A stretch of 50,824 nt of DNA, the filler included, from Dimargaris cristalligena (taxonomy: Eukaryota), in NCBI GenBank assembly GCA_003614675.1. It is 2 parts of 2 records of this genome, joined end to end, with 100 filler letters (N's around TTAATTAATTAA, not from the genome) between each part and the next. Parts side by side here need not be neighbours in the genome. Positions count along the whole stretch, not along the records: positions 25,478 to 50,824 come from ML002565.1; 1 more part is not named here. One strand, written 5' to 3'. Under the pieces are notes generated by a model that worked only from the letters and a program-made list of their open reading frames with translations, had not been told where the DNA came from and did not search any database. Shown here piece by piece: positions 49,590-50,824 of this stretch (the stretch's first letter is position 1; the number at the start of each line of letters is the position of its first letter). Both the position numbers and the translations under genes were made by a program.

Positions 49590-50824
49590 CTAGAAAACAG
49601 TGCCATCCGAAATAATGGCAATCGGGGGGCCGCGGGTATCGGGTCGCAGACGCTGGGCAATTTCACGACCCGCCTTCCAGGTGCCCCCTTCAAGAATCTG
49701 GGCCAAAGGCAGTTGGCTACTGGTCAGTCCAAAAATGCCCCGCACCTTCTCCGCGGTCTTATCCAGCAGAATAACGGTTAGCGCCCGCCATTCGACCACA
49801 GCGGGGTCGTCTACATTAAAGGACGGCACAGAATCGGGGCCGCTACCGGCGGCGTTTAGAGTGGCGGTCTTGAGTTCGAGGACCCCCAGATCGACAAACA
49901 AGCCGCCGTTGCGGTATTCCGGCAACCCGGTGAGGTGCTCGACTCCGTCGAAGGTCAGCCCCATGATGAGGGTGATGGGCTCCATCACCGAGTAGGTCAG
50001 CCACTGCGAAAGCTTATGGAAGGGTACCAACTGGTCCACCCCGGGTGAGGACCGGGCCGCCGCCTCAGGACCACCCGCCAGGCTGGGACACACCCAGACA
50101 TCTCCTAGGGACTGGCCGTTCAGCAGGGTTCGGGTGGGCGGCCAGATCCCGGCAAGACCTTCGATGACCACCGCCCATAAGTGGCGGAGGTCCACCGAGC
50201 CGCCCGCAGCGGGGTTGGAGGATTGCGACAGGAGATAGTCCAGAAGATTGCCGGGACGAGGGGGAAGACCATTCTGGGTCGGGAAGAACATGGTGCTATC
50301 CAGCATGGTTTGGCCCAAACGCTGGAGTAAAGAGCATCGACCCTCCAAGCCCACCAAGGGGTTGGTATCCGACACTTGGAGGCCGGTTGAAAGTTGATCA
50401 ACGGTCAGACTAAGTAGACCCTGGGCTATCAGCAAGGGGTAAGCATAGGGGTAGTTGGTACAAAGGTATTGGCAGCCTGGTTAAAAGAGGGCATATATAT
50501 ATATATATATAATAAAAGAGCCCCAAGGGACTCGAGTTGCTTAGGCAGAGTAGGTGGAGACGGCCATCTAATGGGACTGTCAGTATACTTACCATCTACA
50601 CGGTGGGGATCCTCCGGGTCGGACGAGAAGATACCGGCCAAGAACATATCCAAAGAAGCCACGGCCAGACCTTCCGACCGGTTGATACTCTGGCGGTTGG
50701 CAGCATCATGGTAGGACCACACGTTGCCGGCACCGGCGTCCAGCAGAACTGAAACCACAAAGAGGTCCAGGGTGCGACGAGTCACCTCGATGTTGGACAG
50801 GGCTGGGCTGGAGGCAGACTCACA
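49590..50824 (-). CDS. URC4: Uracil catabolism protein Urc4 (DUF1688), 5'-truncated by the window end
   Basis: Exons >50824-50593 and 50425-49590 (phase 1). LDLFVVSVLLDAGAG, RSEGLAVASL, GDVW, VPFHKLSQWLTYS, LTGLPEYRNGGL, VEWRALTV, LEGGTWKAGR and C-terminal SDGTVF. Confidence 0.9.
50493..50511 (+). repeat. (AT)9 microsatellite inside the URC4 intron
   Basis: atatatatatatatatata run. Confidence 0.85.

Noticed and set aside
7284..50824. Stop-codon read-through or cryptic PTS1 isoforms, and U12-type introns
   Set aside because: No stop is in a TGA-CTA context, and all donors are major-class (gtaagt/gtaggt/gtgagt-like); none reads RTATCCTT.

Overview
Eukaryotic, fungal genomic DNA with GT-AG spliceosomal introns of about 130-400 nt. 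It carries fungal-type genes (ICE2, ERV2, KIN1, DNM1, URC4) together with Rab4, FRG1, ELL and a pallidin-like gene. That mix suggests an early-diverging fungus (Zoopagomycota/Mucoromycota-like; inference only). Conserved genes in order: tRNA-Ser(AGA), mitochondrial-type J-protein, ICE2, FRG1, pallidin-like BLOC-1 subunit, ERV2, ELL, KIN1 (3'-truncated at an artificial 100-nt N44-TTAATTAATTAA-N44 spacer), Rab4, a 9-exon divergent septin, ABHD11-like hydrolase, tafazzin, ALG7, DNM1 and URC4 (5'-truncated by the window edge). Exon structures were worked out by hand and are phase-consistent. The most interesting part is the accessory first ~7.2 kb. It holds a divergent pair of small secreted Cys proteins with beta/gamma-crystallin-like motifs sharing one TATA element, one of them frameshifted after its signal peptide. 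It also holds a 1.23-kb tract with no CpG upstream of the tRNA, and a ~130-nt unit just downstream of the tRNA that reuses the tRNA's ends and also reads as a box C/D snoRNA. No CRISPR array, rRNA or intact transposon was found.
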